64,000 nt of DNA from Paramoeba atlantica. Taxonomy: Eukaryota; Protista; Discosea. Of this stretch, positions 52,110-61,337 are shown piece by piece. The stretch lies in assembly GCA_977017575.1 (NCBI GenBank), contig CDRNVI010000040.1, positions 310,001 to 374,000 on the forward strand, written 5' to 3'. The notes beneath the pieces are model-generated. The model saw nothing but the letters and a program-made list of their open reading frames with translations, did no database searches and was not told the DNA's origin. Both the position numbers and the translations under genes were made by a program. Within the stretch, counting starts at the first letter, position 1; each line of letters starts with the position of its first letter.

Positions 52110-53350
52110 CAAATTCGCGACAAAAACGAAACTACGCACACAAGACTACCTCCGCACAGAGCAATTTCCGCACAGAACAACGCACCATGCCCTACATGAT
52201 ACATGGGCTGGTTTCTTGTAGGGGTTTTTATTCTACTCCGGGAGGGCCTGCAACACAAAACCTCCTTTGTTTCCTTTTCTCCTTCCCTCCCTTCTCCCTT
52301 TCCTCATCCCTTTTCTCCCCACTCATCTCTTTTCCCTCCACCCTTCTTTTCTTTTCCTTCCTCCTTCCCTCTCACCCCCATCCTCCCCCCCTCTCCCCAT
52401 GCGCCCCACCCCCCTCACCCGCCACTGGGGCAGTTTCCACCACATCGACGGCCGTCCCACCCGTCACACCGAACTCCTCATGCACGACACCGTCGCACCC
52501 CCCCGCTCCCTTCTCCGTTTCGGTGGCGTCTCCCCCTACCACAAACAGTACCTCATGCGCACCATGCTCACCGAGCTCATCCGTCGCGACTTCCTTACCC
52601 TCCCCGGGCGTCGTGCCCACGCCCTCGCGGTCTACGCCAACAACGCGGTGACGCTGGCCAAACGCGGCGACACCACCTCGCGCCAGTCCCTGGCCTATTT
52701 CCTCCTCGACAACTACATGGTCGACAAGGCCTTTGACGAGTTCCCCTCCCGGTTCCGCCACACCCACGGGAACTACGTCGCGGTGAGCTGGCTCCGCGAG
52801 AGCCGGCGCAAGGACAGCAAGCGGCTCTACTTTGTGGAGTTCCGCAACCGGGCAGGGTCCGCGACCCACCGCGGGGACGACACCGAGCGCGGCCCCGAGC
52901 GCTTCTTCCTGCCGCAGCCCCAGCGCGAGAGCCACCGGGAGCGGGAGCTCCCGAAGCACTGGCAGATGGTCTTCGACCGCTGGGCGGGGAAGTACAAGAC
53001 GGGGGCGTTCCTGACGTGGTGGCGGGTGCGACACGCCACGATGCGGTTCTGGGGGTACCGGAATGTGCCGCACCCCGCGGAGGTGGGGCCGCTGTGGGGG
53101 GAGGCGGAGGAGGAGGAGTTCCAGCGGGACCGGGCGGTGGGGCCGGAGGTGGAGGCGGGGGCGGATTTGGATCTGGAGGGGGCGGGGGTGGGGCTGGTGG
53201 GGGTGGAGGGGATGAGGAGTGGGGTGGGGCCGCTGCCGCGGTTGTCGTAGGGAGGGGGGGGATTTATGGAGGGGTTGTAGAAAAGGAAAAAGGGGGGTTG
53301 TGGGAATTGTGGTTAAAAAATGGTGTACATTTAAAAGTGGTGTAGTGGAA
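52110..53350. other. C/A-rich to G/T-rich skew-switch island 4
   Basis: A/C-rich from ~52110, C-runs ~52260-52800, G-runs ~52950-53340. Confidence 0.92.
52399..53250 (+). CDS. MRPL17: Mitochondrial ribosomal protein bL17m
   Basis: HKQYLMRTMLTELIR, VTLAKRG, FPSRF...GNY, RRKDS.RLYFVEF; likely ATG 52399. Confidence 0.85.
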   Translation: MRPTPLTRHWGSFHHIDGRPTRHTELLMHDTVAPPRSLLRFGGVSPYHKQYLMRTMLTELIRRDFLTLPGRRAHALAVYANNAVTLAKRGDTTSRQSLAYFLLDNYMVDKAFDEFPSRFRHTHGNYVAVSWLRESRRKDSKRLYFVEFRNRAGSATHRGDDTERGPERFFLPQPQRESHRERELPKHWQMVFDRWAGKYKTGAFLTWWRVRHATMRFWGYRNVPHPAEVGPLWGEAEEEEFQRDRAVGPEVEAGADLDLEGAGVGLVGVEGMRSGVGPLPRLS

Positions 53351-53427
53351 AACGTGTGTTGGTTTGCGATGCACGGTTGCAGATGTCCAAGTGTCCTCCA
53401 GCGGGGAAATTTGTACAGCAGTACGTA

Positions 53428-54345
53428 TAAACCCCGGGACACGATAAGTCACCTCCCTCTAAAATTTGGTTACTTTATCCGTTTGGGCTAATTTTTGTTG
53501 CATTTTGCAGATCTCGATGACGCTTGTTTGCGCATATCATATAGAGAATAAAACTGGGAACCTATAAAATATGAATTTAGTATTACTACTTTTTTAGTTT
53601 TTAGCCACCTTTTTTTTGCAGAGTTTCAGGCATCTGTCGAAACTTAAAACAGTACGGCCAAGCTCAGATTCAAGAATATTATTAAAAGTCTTTTTACGCA
53701 CTTAATTAGAGAGGTAGTACAAGACCGATTCATTTCATTTACGCGTTGCTGAATCATTTCCCACACGTTTTCAATAGGATTAAGGTCCGGAGAACCTGTC
53801 GGCCAATTTGGTATGTAATTTTTGAAGTAAAGAAATAGGTTTTCGTACTTTTCATCGTGCGTGTACCCGCCCCATCTTGCTGAAAAATAAATTTTCGGGG
53901 AAAGAGAGAATTACTTAACATTTCTACACAAGTTTCACTTGTGATTGAAATGTTGGATAGTAGCACCACAAGGTAACACCATCCAACTCCAATGGCACCC
54001 TACACGTGACATGTGGGCGCCCAACGCATTTTCTGCTTGGGGACGGCCTTTTCTCCTAGGGTAACTCACATCTTTTGATGTGTATCATTCGCATTAAATA
54101 TCTTCGCATCAGATAAACATTATTATCCCCCTTTTGGAAGACGATACCTGGATTTCACCATGAAAAAAAATCTCGTCAGATTTTTTTGAAAAAAATGTAG
54201 GTTTCTTTCATTTTTTTAAAAGCAGCTAAAAATAGCGGGAATGTGTAGATCTCGAAATTCTGAACGAAAAAGTGGTATCATAACCTCCCTAGGCCCCTTC
54301 ATGGAAAAAATTAGGGGGGATGACTTATTCGTGTCCTGGGGTTTA
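53428..54345 (-). mobile_element. Tc1/mariner DD34E element relic, 918 bp
   Basis: TIRs TAAACCCCRGGACACGA(A)TAAGTCAYCYCCCT; TA flanks at 53426-53427 and 54346-54347; minus-strand SD(A)KIF (D at 54108-54110), HV*GAIG, FQQDG (53871-53885), WPTGSPDLNPIENVW (53761-53805). Confidence 0.92.
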
Positions 54346-54402
54346 TACTTTTGCGTTTTTCAACCTTTTTTTCTGTGCATAATCTGTCCTGTACAATTAT
54401 AA

Positions 54403-55137
54403 ATGAAGAAACCAAAAGGGGGTATTGATGAGAAGTGTCCTAGAGTAGCCGAATGGATGCGTAACCACGCAGAGCCGTACACTCAGAAGGAGCTTGAAAA
54501 GCTTTTGCCCAAAAACATTTCTGGTGTTAATTTCCAGCAAGTAAATGAAATTCTTGAAATTCTCGTTTCAGAAGGGTTAGTTGCCTCCGAAAAAATTGGG
54601 ATTTTAAATCTGTTTTGGGCCGTTTCTAAAGACACTTCTAAAGAGGCGAAAGCAGCAAGTGGTAAACGTGCTAGACCATGTGTGATAAATACGGTCGAAA
54701 ATGTCACGGCGCGAATCAATGAACTTGCACTTGAAAGTGAAGAACTGGAAAAGTCGATTGTTTCTATGCAGAATGGCTTGAATGCGGCGAATAAAATATT
54801 GCTCGATTTACCCGAAAACATACAGGTTTCTTCTGCTACCGTAGAAGAAAAAAAGGAAAAATATAGCTTGCTTGAAAAACGCCTTGAACGCGAAGTCCAA
54901 CCAACCTTAAGAAAACTTTTACAAGATTATGACACCGTAAAACTGCACGACCCTCAGCTGCTCGCTGAAATAGAGCAGCGAACTGCTCAGTGTCGGGATA
55001 GCGTGAATCGGTGGACGGATAACATGATGTTGTTAGCACAGCATATTCAAGCTCGTTGTGGTCTTACTTATGATGAGTTCCGTGAGCAATTTAACGTACC
55101 GAGAGATTTTGATTATATTATGGCTTCTGACCCGTAG
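54403..55137 (+). CDS. MND1: Meiotic nuclear division protein 1
   Basis: YTQKELEKLLPK, LVSEGLVASEKIG..N.FW, DP, NRWTDN. Confidence 0.92.
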   Translation: MKKPKGGIDEKCPRVAEWMRNHAEPYTQKELEKLLPKNISGVNFQQVNEILEILVSEGLVASEKIGILNLFWAVSKDTSKEAKAASGKRARPCVINTVENVTARINELALESEELEKSIVSMQNGLNAANKILLDLPENIQVSSATVEEKKEKYSLLEKRLEREVQPTLRKLLQDYDTVKLHDPQLLAEIEQRTAQCRDSVNRWTDNMMLLAQHIQARCGLTYDEFREQFNVPRDFDYIMASDP

Positions 55138-55425
55138 TAATGCTTGGTTTGGCATTTTTAATGGGTGGAAGGTTGACACCCAGCCCCCGTATGCTTCACT
55201 GTTTGCGTTTCTTGCCTTTGTTTGAATCTTCACACATAATGCACGAAGTACCGTAGGTACCGAAGTTTCTTGTTATGTTTTACTTGCAAATTTTTCAAAG
55301 AGAAATCGATTCCTTACTTTGTATTATCATGAAGAATAGTTTTCAGAGGCTTTGATTGGGACTCTCACTGTTTCTGTAGTTCTTTTTTAAAACGAAGTTT
55401 TGTGTCTTACACCTCACGAAGCGTA

Positions 55426-56115
55426 ATGTTTTTCGTGATTACACAGGTTGCTGCGGAGGACAGTCGGGCGAGTAAGGTCCGTGGGGCAAGGCTTCCGCAG
55501 GAATTAGAACTTTCACGACTCGTTAGAAATATTGCACCCTGCCATGAGACGTGGACTTCCGCTCATCCTGCATGTGAGTGGTATGCGGTAGTATGTAATT
55601 CCGAAGGAGTAGCGGTCGCTTTTGATTGGAGCGCTCGTGAGCTAGTTGGAGCCATGAACCTGGAGGATCTTCCGGAAAAAATAGAACACGTGCATTGTAG
55701 TCGTAATCGCTTATCTGGAAAGCTGACGCTACTAAATCTTCCGCTTTCCTTGTTAGATCTGCGCCTGGATCATAATCACTTTACCGGATCCCCTACCTTT
55801 GACACACTGCCCTCGGCACTTCGCTATTTGTCACTCAGCGCTAACCGTCTCAGCGGAACGTTGGATCTGTGCCAGCTCCCGAGGACACTGGAAGCGCTTT
55901 ACCTGGCACGAAATGACTTCTACGGAACCGTAGATTTGGGATCACTACCTGCAACAATGCGTCGCCTTTCGCTCCATAACAATGACCTCAGCGGTGTGGT
56001 AGACGTCTCGCGCCTACCGGAGGGACTTATCCGTGTGAATTTATCCGAGAACTGTTTTGATGAGATCGTTCCCGTTCCACTCCCGCAGAGCGTGATTACG
56101 ACTGCATATAAATGA
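55426..56115 (+). CDS. Leucine-rich repeat protein, same family as 45198-46031
   Basis: CEWYAVVC cap and LP..L..L.L..N...G.LDL repeats; first ATG 55426. Confidence 0.9.
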   Translation: MFFVITQVAAEDSRASKVRGARLPQELELSRLVRNIAPCHETWTSAHPACEWYAVVCNSEGVAVAFDWSARELVGAMNLEDLPEKIEHVHCSRNRLSGKLTLLNLPLSLLDLRLDHNHFTGSPTFDTLPSALRYLSLSANRLSGTLDLCQLPRTLEALYLARNDFYGTVDLGSLPATMRRLSLHNNDLSGVVDVSRLPEGLIRVNLSENCFDEIVPVPLPQSVITTAYK

Positions 56116-56473
56116 GTGATGGATGTACAAGAGGGAGCCGATGGGAGGAAAACTATGTGGCAAGATATCACGAAAACTAGATCTGGTACACAGATGACGC
56201 GAGCATGTACTTAGGCGTGTGCGTAAAAAAGGGAATACAATTATATTCATACACACGTATCTTTTGAGCCTAAGGTACATCACAGGTATTCGAATGAAAC
56301 ATTCCGTGCAAATTTGGTTCAGTAAATGTTACACTGAAATGTGATACAAAATGAAATGTTACACTGAAATGTGTAGAACTCTAGGAATATTAGAATTCTG
56401 ATGCATTGAACTGTTAAGAATAGTAATTGTTCATTGGTAAATTTTAAGAACTTGACCGTTTCTGGTTATTGTA

Positions 56474-56764
56474 ATGATAATTTCCCGCGCAACAAATCAA
56501 CCTGTAGGACTTGGTCGCGCATTTTTCTCCATCTGGCCTCCTTACCGCTTTGTTATTGTGTTTTTGGGCTTCACAGCGATTGGGGCTGGAATAGAATTGT
56601 TCGCCATTAAGACGGGATTGTACCGAGTGATAGTTTCCAATAAAACCTCACAACGTTATGAACTTGATAAATTCGTGCGAAAATTTAGGAAGGATATGCA
56701 GGAATGGACAGAAGAAGACATGAGGTTGGCTGGCCTAGATGTTTCCGAGCTACCAAGAGCGTAG
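56474..56764 (+). CDS. Small membrane protein, SMIM4/UQCC5-like
   Basis: YRF...F...GAGIELFAIK...Y.V...K..QRYE pattern; one TM segment. Confidence 0.5.
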   Translation: MIISRATNQPVGLGRAFFSIWPPYRFVIVFLGFTAIGAGIELFAIKTGLYRVIVSNKTSQRYELDKFVRKFRKDMQEWTEEDMRLAGLDVSELPRA

Positions 56765-57252
56765 AACCGAAATGGTGTAAATCGTTGTTCGATTATCGTA
56801 CAATATCGTGGTATGAATGAAGGGCGAGAACAAGTAGACCAAATGATATCCATCAGTGGATGCAAGAGTAAAAAGCGCACCGAATTGCCTTTTTCTGATG
56901 CACGTCCTTCACTGTTCAGATACATGCTTCACTTGAATTAGAGGATAGGTTCAGTTCAAGTTGCTAGTACGATCTTAAATCCCTTTCCATTTTTCTGTTT
57001 CAAAGTTTTAATTTTCCTAATAATCTTGTAGTTCATACGTATTCTGCAAGGTTCTCCCGACTTCTCTATTGGATCTGTGATTTTTTACGTTCTGTGCTCC
57101 GATGGCTTGTATAACTAGTGTAGTTTGTCAGTAGATGGAAAATAAACTGTGTATTGTTCGTTTTATGTTTGTAAGGTTATTGCAGGACTTATTCCTTTGA
57201 TCTGAATTTTGCTACATCACGGTCTACGCTGATCTTTCTTCTTTAGAACGTC

Positions 57253-57693
57253 ATGTATGTACAGAGTGATAAGACTGTCACAACAACAGCGCATATGATG
57301 TCTCAGGATGTGGGACCAACACCTCCAAGTTCACAGGAGGAAACTCAACCGCACGATGAAAACTCGCTAGAATCCATATCAGAGTATGAGGACGGCGGCA
57401 TGCTACTACATTCTTCTAGGAATACCGCTCCGCCCGAGGCCCCTAAACATTCGAAGGACACATCAGAAAATCGTGTGCACGACAACATGGGTACTGACAC
57501 TGGGCATCAACTTCCTCAGACTGAAGCACCGGTCCTTAGGCCACTTACAAAACCTGTCAACACAAACAGCATTATTGAGCCTTTACATCAGTCCTCACTA
57601 TATCAGCAAACCTTCAAAGGTTTGATACCTGAAAAGTTACGGAACTTTGCGTGCGCTACCAAAATCCTTTACCCTTCTGAACGAACGATATAG
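57253..57693 (+). CDS. Hypothetical low-complexity protein
   Basis: 146-aa ATG ORF on the cluster strand; no motif. Confidence 0.4.
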   Translation: MYVQSDKTVTTTAHMMSQDVGPTPPSSQEETQPHDENSLESISEYEDGGMLLHSSRNTAPPEAPKHSKDTSENRVHDNMGTDTGHQLPQTEAPVLRPLTKPVNTNSIIEPLHQSSLYQQTFKGLIPEKLRNFACATKILYPSERTI

Positions 57694-57885
57694 ACCCCTT
57701 TGCCAGACCGTTTAGTACGGAGCTGATTGAAAAAATTTAGCTGTATTTCAATCAATTCCTTCTGATGCACGTAGTTTTTTTGCACTCATGCACTTTACAT
57801 TTTGAAGGTATTTTCTGAAAAATTATGAAATCTAGATTTGATCCTTAGTGAAGTCGAATGCAGCATTTATAGTTTGAGTTGTTAT

Positions 57886-59379
57886 ATGGGTTTTCTACGT
57901 TCATGCATACGACATTCGGTCGCAAAAGAGCTTAAAATACTTCCCACTGAGCCGCTCTACACCTCTAGCATTTATCCTTCTGTTGTCGCCAACAAATTAC
58001 CGAAAGCATTTCTAGATCCCGCACATTTTTCTCCCAATAAGGGCTCACCACATAAAACTTTCTTTTCGCAACTTACCCACCGAAAACGGAGAATTCCCAA
58101 AAGTTTCATCGAAGCTCGCAATTGGGATTACCTTACCGCAGATCTCCCACCCGGGACACCGGTCGAGGTGGTTGCCCCTCATGTGGTGCGAGCTAACGGC
58201 CCGACCGTAGCACTGGCCTTTCTCGAAACCCACACCGCGATGCTGGAGGTCTTCGAATGTTTTCGTAACCCCAGTCAACCCATTCCCCGCATCGATGCTG
58301 ATTACTGGATGCACAAAGTACGCAGTGCCTATCGCCATCGTCAAGATCTCGGCTGTCTGTATGCCTCGAATAACTGCGCTCGAGTCATGCATGGCACCGA
58401 GGATGAAATCCCTGGACTCTCCGCAGATCTCTACGGGAACACCTGTCGGGTTCGGTTGCTCGGGGATGGCCCGTTGCATGGGGCCCTGCATGCGCTGTAC
58501 ACCTTCCTTACCCCACTCGGTGTGGATCAATTCTGGATGTCGCATCTTCGCTCCCGACGACACACATTTATGGGAAATGAACGGGTCCCGTGCAGTTGTG
58601 TGGAAAATGGGGTCGCGTTTCAATTGGAGAATTTAGGGGATATGGAAACGCCTGAATATATTTTGAGTAATCGCCACAGGGGCTGCCGCGGTACGCTCCA
58701 ACTTTTATCCGAGCAAACCAACGTGCTTGATATCTTTGGCGGTGCGGGGTATAGTACCGCGGTAGCGTTATACGGCGGTGCAAAATATGTTCTTTATCTT
58801 GATGACAGGCCGAAAGCCCACTCTCTTTTGCAGAACATCACTCAAGGAATCACACATACAGCTACTTTGGATGCTCCAAGCGATTGTGAAAATGTAGAGA
58901 CCTATTTACTGGACGCCGAAAGTCGAAGCTTCCATGCAGTTTGTGTTAATATTCCCATGGCGTTTTGGAATGCAAAGGTGGGGTCGCGCTTAAAACTGGA
59001 AAAGAAGGATGGAGAAGACAAATCTCCTGTAGAACAAGAGGAAAAGAAAGGAACACCTGACCGCACCTCTACCCAGACAAATCTTAAGGAACGTCTGGTA
59101 CGTATTATGGCGAACGCTATTCGTTGTGCGACTACAGATGGATACATGGTAATATCACACCCTCAAACTCCACTCCGGCTCGAAGCCTCAAAAAAGTCCA
59201 GCATTTCTCAATCAGTCACAATTGGTTCTTTGGTTCACCAGGCTTCGATCCGCGAGCAAAGATCGTTGAGTCTTTTGAAAACACTTTCCAGTGGCCCAGA
59301 TTTTCCCCAAACTGACTTTCTAGAGTCTCCCGGTTTACAGCCCTATTGCCAAGTTGGACTTGTGTACAGAGTTCATTGA
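57886..59379 (+). CDS. RlmI/RlmK-like SAM-dependent RNA methyltransferase, divergent
   Basis: ARVMHGTEDEIPGLSADLYG, VLDIFGGAG, GGAKYVLYLD; first ATG 57886. Confidence 0.75.
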   Translation: MGFLRSCIRHSVAKELKILPTEPLYTSSIYPSVVANKLPKAFLDPAHFSPNKGSPHKTFFSQLTHRKRRIPKSFIEARNWDYLTADLPPGTPVEVVAPHVVRANGPTVALAFLETHTAMLEVFECFRNPSQPIPRIDADYWMHKVRSAYRHRQDLGCLYASNNCARVMHGTEDEIPGLSADLYGNTCRVRLLGDGPLHGALHALYTFLTPLGVDQFWMSHLRSRRHTFMGNERVPCSCVENGVAFQLENLGDMETPEYILSNRHRGCRGTLQLLSEQTNVLDIFGGAGYSTAVALYGGAKYVLYLDDRPKAHSLLQNITQGITHTATLDAPSDCENVETYLLDAESRSFHAVCVNIPMAFWNAKVGSRLKLEKKDGEDKSPVEQEEKKGTPDRTSTQTNLKERLVRIMANAIRCATTDGYMVISHPQTPLRLEASKKSSISQSVTIGSLVHQASIREQRSLSLLKTLSSGPDFPQTDFLESPGLQPYCQVGLVYRVH

Positions 59380-59740
59380 GGGAAAATCTATAGATTGCTT
59401 TCATCGGAAATTATCATATGTTGATCTGTAAAGTAATTTTAATTTTCGCTCTTTGACCTACAGTTGTAGGCATCTGAATTATCCGGCTTGATCAGTACTG
59501 CACCAGTTGAGATGTTAGTGGAAGGTTTAACTAAAACACAATCTTGAAATATTTCATATGATTCGAAAGATTCTTTCATCTAAGTCTGTTTACGAGTCAG
59601 TTCATATGTAGTTGCATAAATTTTGTTTGACTGTTCCTAATTTTTCTACCGTATTTAAAAAATAAGTTTTGTTAATCTTTTCGATAAAAATAAACAAGCT
59701 TCGTACTTTCCACTTTCATATTTTCTAGGAAGCATTCACA

Positions 59741-60355
59741 ATGTCTATTATGCAATACAACGGCGGGTGCTGTGTTGCCATGGCGGGCGACCAATGTTTT
59801 GCAATTGCCTCCGATCTCGGCCTCGTGTCTCAGGGGAAAAATATTTCAAACGAGTGTGATAAAGTTCACTGCGTGCACGATCGGCTGTTTCTAGCGCTCA
59901 GTGGACTAGCCACAGATCGTACCACTGTGCTCGAAAAGCTCACATATCGATGCAACATGTACAAACTCAGAGAGGAGCGAAATATTGCCCCCAGCTCGTT
60001 TACGGCGATGTTGTCCAACATGTTTTATGAGCGACGATTTGGGCCTTGGTTTGTTGAGCCAGTGATTGCGGGGTTCAATCCGGACAACAGCGTTATGCTT
60101 GCCTCTACCGATCTGATTGGGGCAAAGAGCACCCCGAAGGACTTTGTGTGCACCGGAACTTGCGAGGACTCTCTGATGGGAATATGTGAGACACTGTGGC
60201 GTCCTGGCCTTGGGCCCGAAGAGCTCTTCGAAGTCATCTCACAGTCTTTGCTGTCCGCTCTCGATCGCGATTGTATCAGTGGTTGGGGTGCAAAAGTGTT
60301 TATCGTGACGCCTCAGAAAATCGTGACAAGAATCCTCAAAACAAGGGCAGATTGA
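59741..60355 (+). CDS. PSMB3: 20S proteasome subunit beta 3
   Basis: MSIMQYNGG, GLATD, YERRFGPWFVEPVIAG, DRDCISGWG. Confidence 0.96.
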   Translation: MSIMQYNGGCCVAMAGDQCFAIASDLGLVSQGKNISNECDKVHCVHDRLFLALSGLATDRTTVLEKLTYRCNMYKLREERNIAPSSFTAMLSNMFYERRFGPWFVEPVIAGFNPDNSVMLASTDLIGAKSTPKDFVCTGTCEDSLMGICETLWRPGLGPEELFEVISQSLLSALDRDCISGWGAKVFIVTPQKIVTRILKTRAD

Positions 60356-60655
60356 CGAGCTTGGATGCGCAGCTCCGCACTCGATGAATACAATACATGA
60401 TCTTTGTAACTTTTAACTTGTATTATTAAAGTTGAACGAAAGAAATGATTACATCACACACCCTGGAGGTACGATAGGTTACCCGGCTCATGGCTAATAT
60501 TAATATGTATATTGAAACCCAAGCATTGAACATTATACCTGTCGTGCTTCGTGAACCTCTACCGTGGCTACAATTTCAGATTGTAAACCTTATATCAAAG
60601 TACATGTATACTTCGAAACTCACGAATCTACCTTTTTCTCTATTTTTTAGCATCT

Positions 60656-61030
60656 ATGCCTATCCAGTTCTGCCCTGCCTGTCACAATTTGCTATACCCT
60701 ACGGAGGATGTAGTCAACAGACGTTTGGAATATGAATGTCGCCGTGCAGAATGCCGGCAGAAAGTGTACGGAGTCGACTCACTTGTCGAAATACATGACC
60801 TAAAGGGCGGTGTATCTAAACTTGGGGCCTCCGTACAGGATCTTGCAGCTCACGCCGATGATGCCACGCTGCAAAGAGTACACACAATTCTCTGCCCCTC
60901 GTGTCAAACTACGAAGGGGGTCGTTCTTTTTATGAATCCATATCGCTTAGACCCAGAGAATATGGGTCTTATTTGCGTGTGCGTGAATTGTAGGCACGTG
61001 TGGGATAGGAAAGAAATGCAACGAGATTGA
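60656..61030 (+). CDS. RPB9: RNA polymerase II subunit RPB9
   Basis: FCPACHNLLYP.ED, D.TL, two zinc ribbons, C..CRHVW. Confidence 0.85.
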   Translation: MPIQFCPACHNLLYPTEDVVNRRLEYECRRAECRQKVYGVDSLVEIHDLKGGVSKLGASVQDLAAHADDATLQRVHTILCPSCQTTKGVVLFMNPYRLDPENMGLICVCVNCRHVWDRKEMQRD

Positions 61031-61337
61031 AGGTTGCTTATTTCTGCATCACTAGGTCATCACGCTTTCGGAAAACGTAGTGTAATGTAGCAGGCAAAAC
61101 GTATGTCAGTATTCCATTGTTTGTGAAAAAAATATTACACATTTTTAGTGTAGAAGTTTGGCAGTAACTTGCGGAGTACTCTATTTTTGAGTAAATTCAA
61201 TTTACTAAATCAATTTACTAAATTGATTCAGTATTGAACCCTGAAAAGTTTTAGTTTGTATACTAAATGGCCTGGTTCAGTAGCAAAATTTTCTTTACTG
61301 GCACGGAATCGAGATATCCAGTTGCGAAGTGGAGTCA

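Noticed and set aside
52187-53442. 356-aa antisense ORF and alternative + frames
   Set aside because: Products of C/G runs; only the bL17m frame has family motifs
58130-58640. Fifth skew island
   Set aside because: Trend visible but too weak to call without computation
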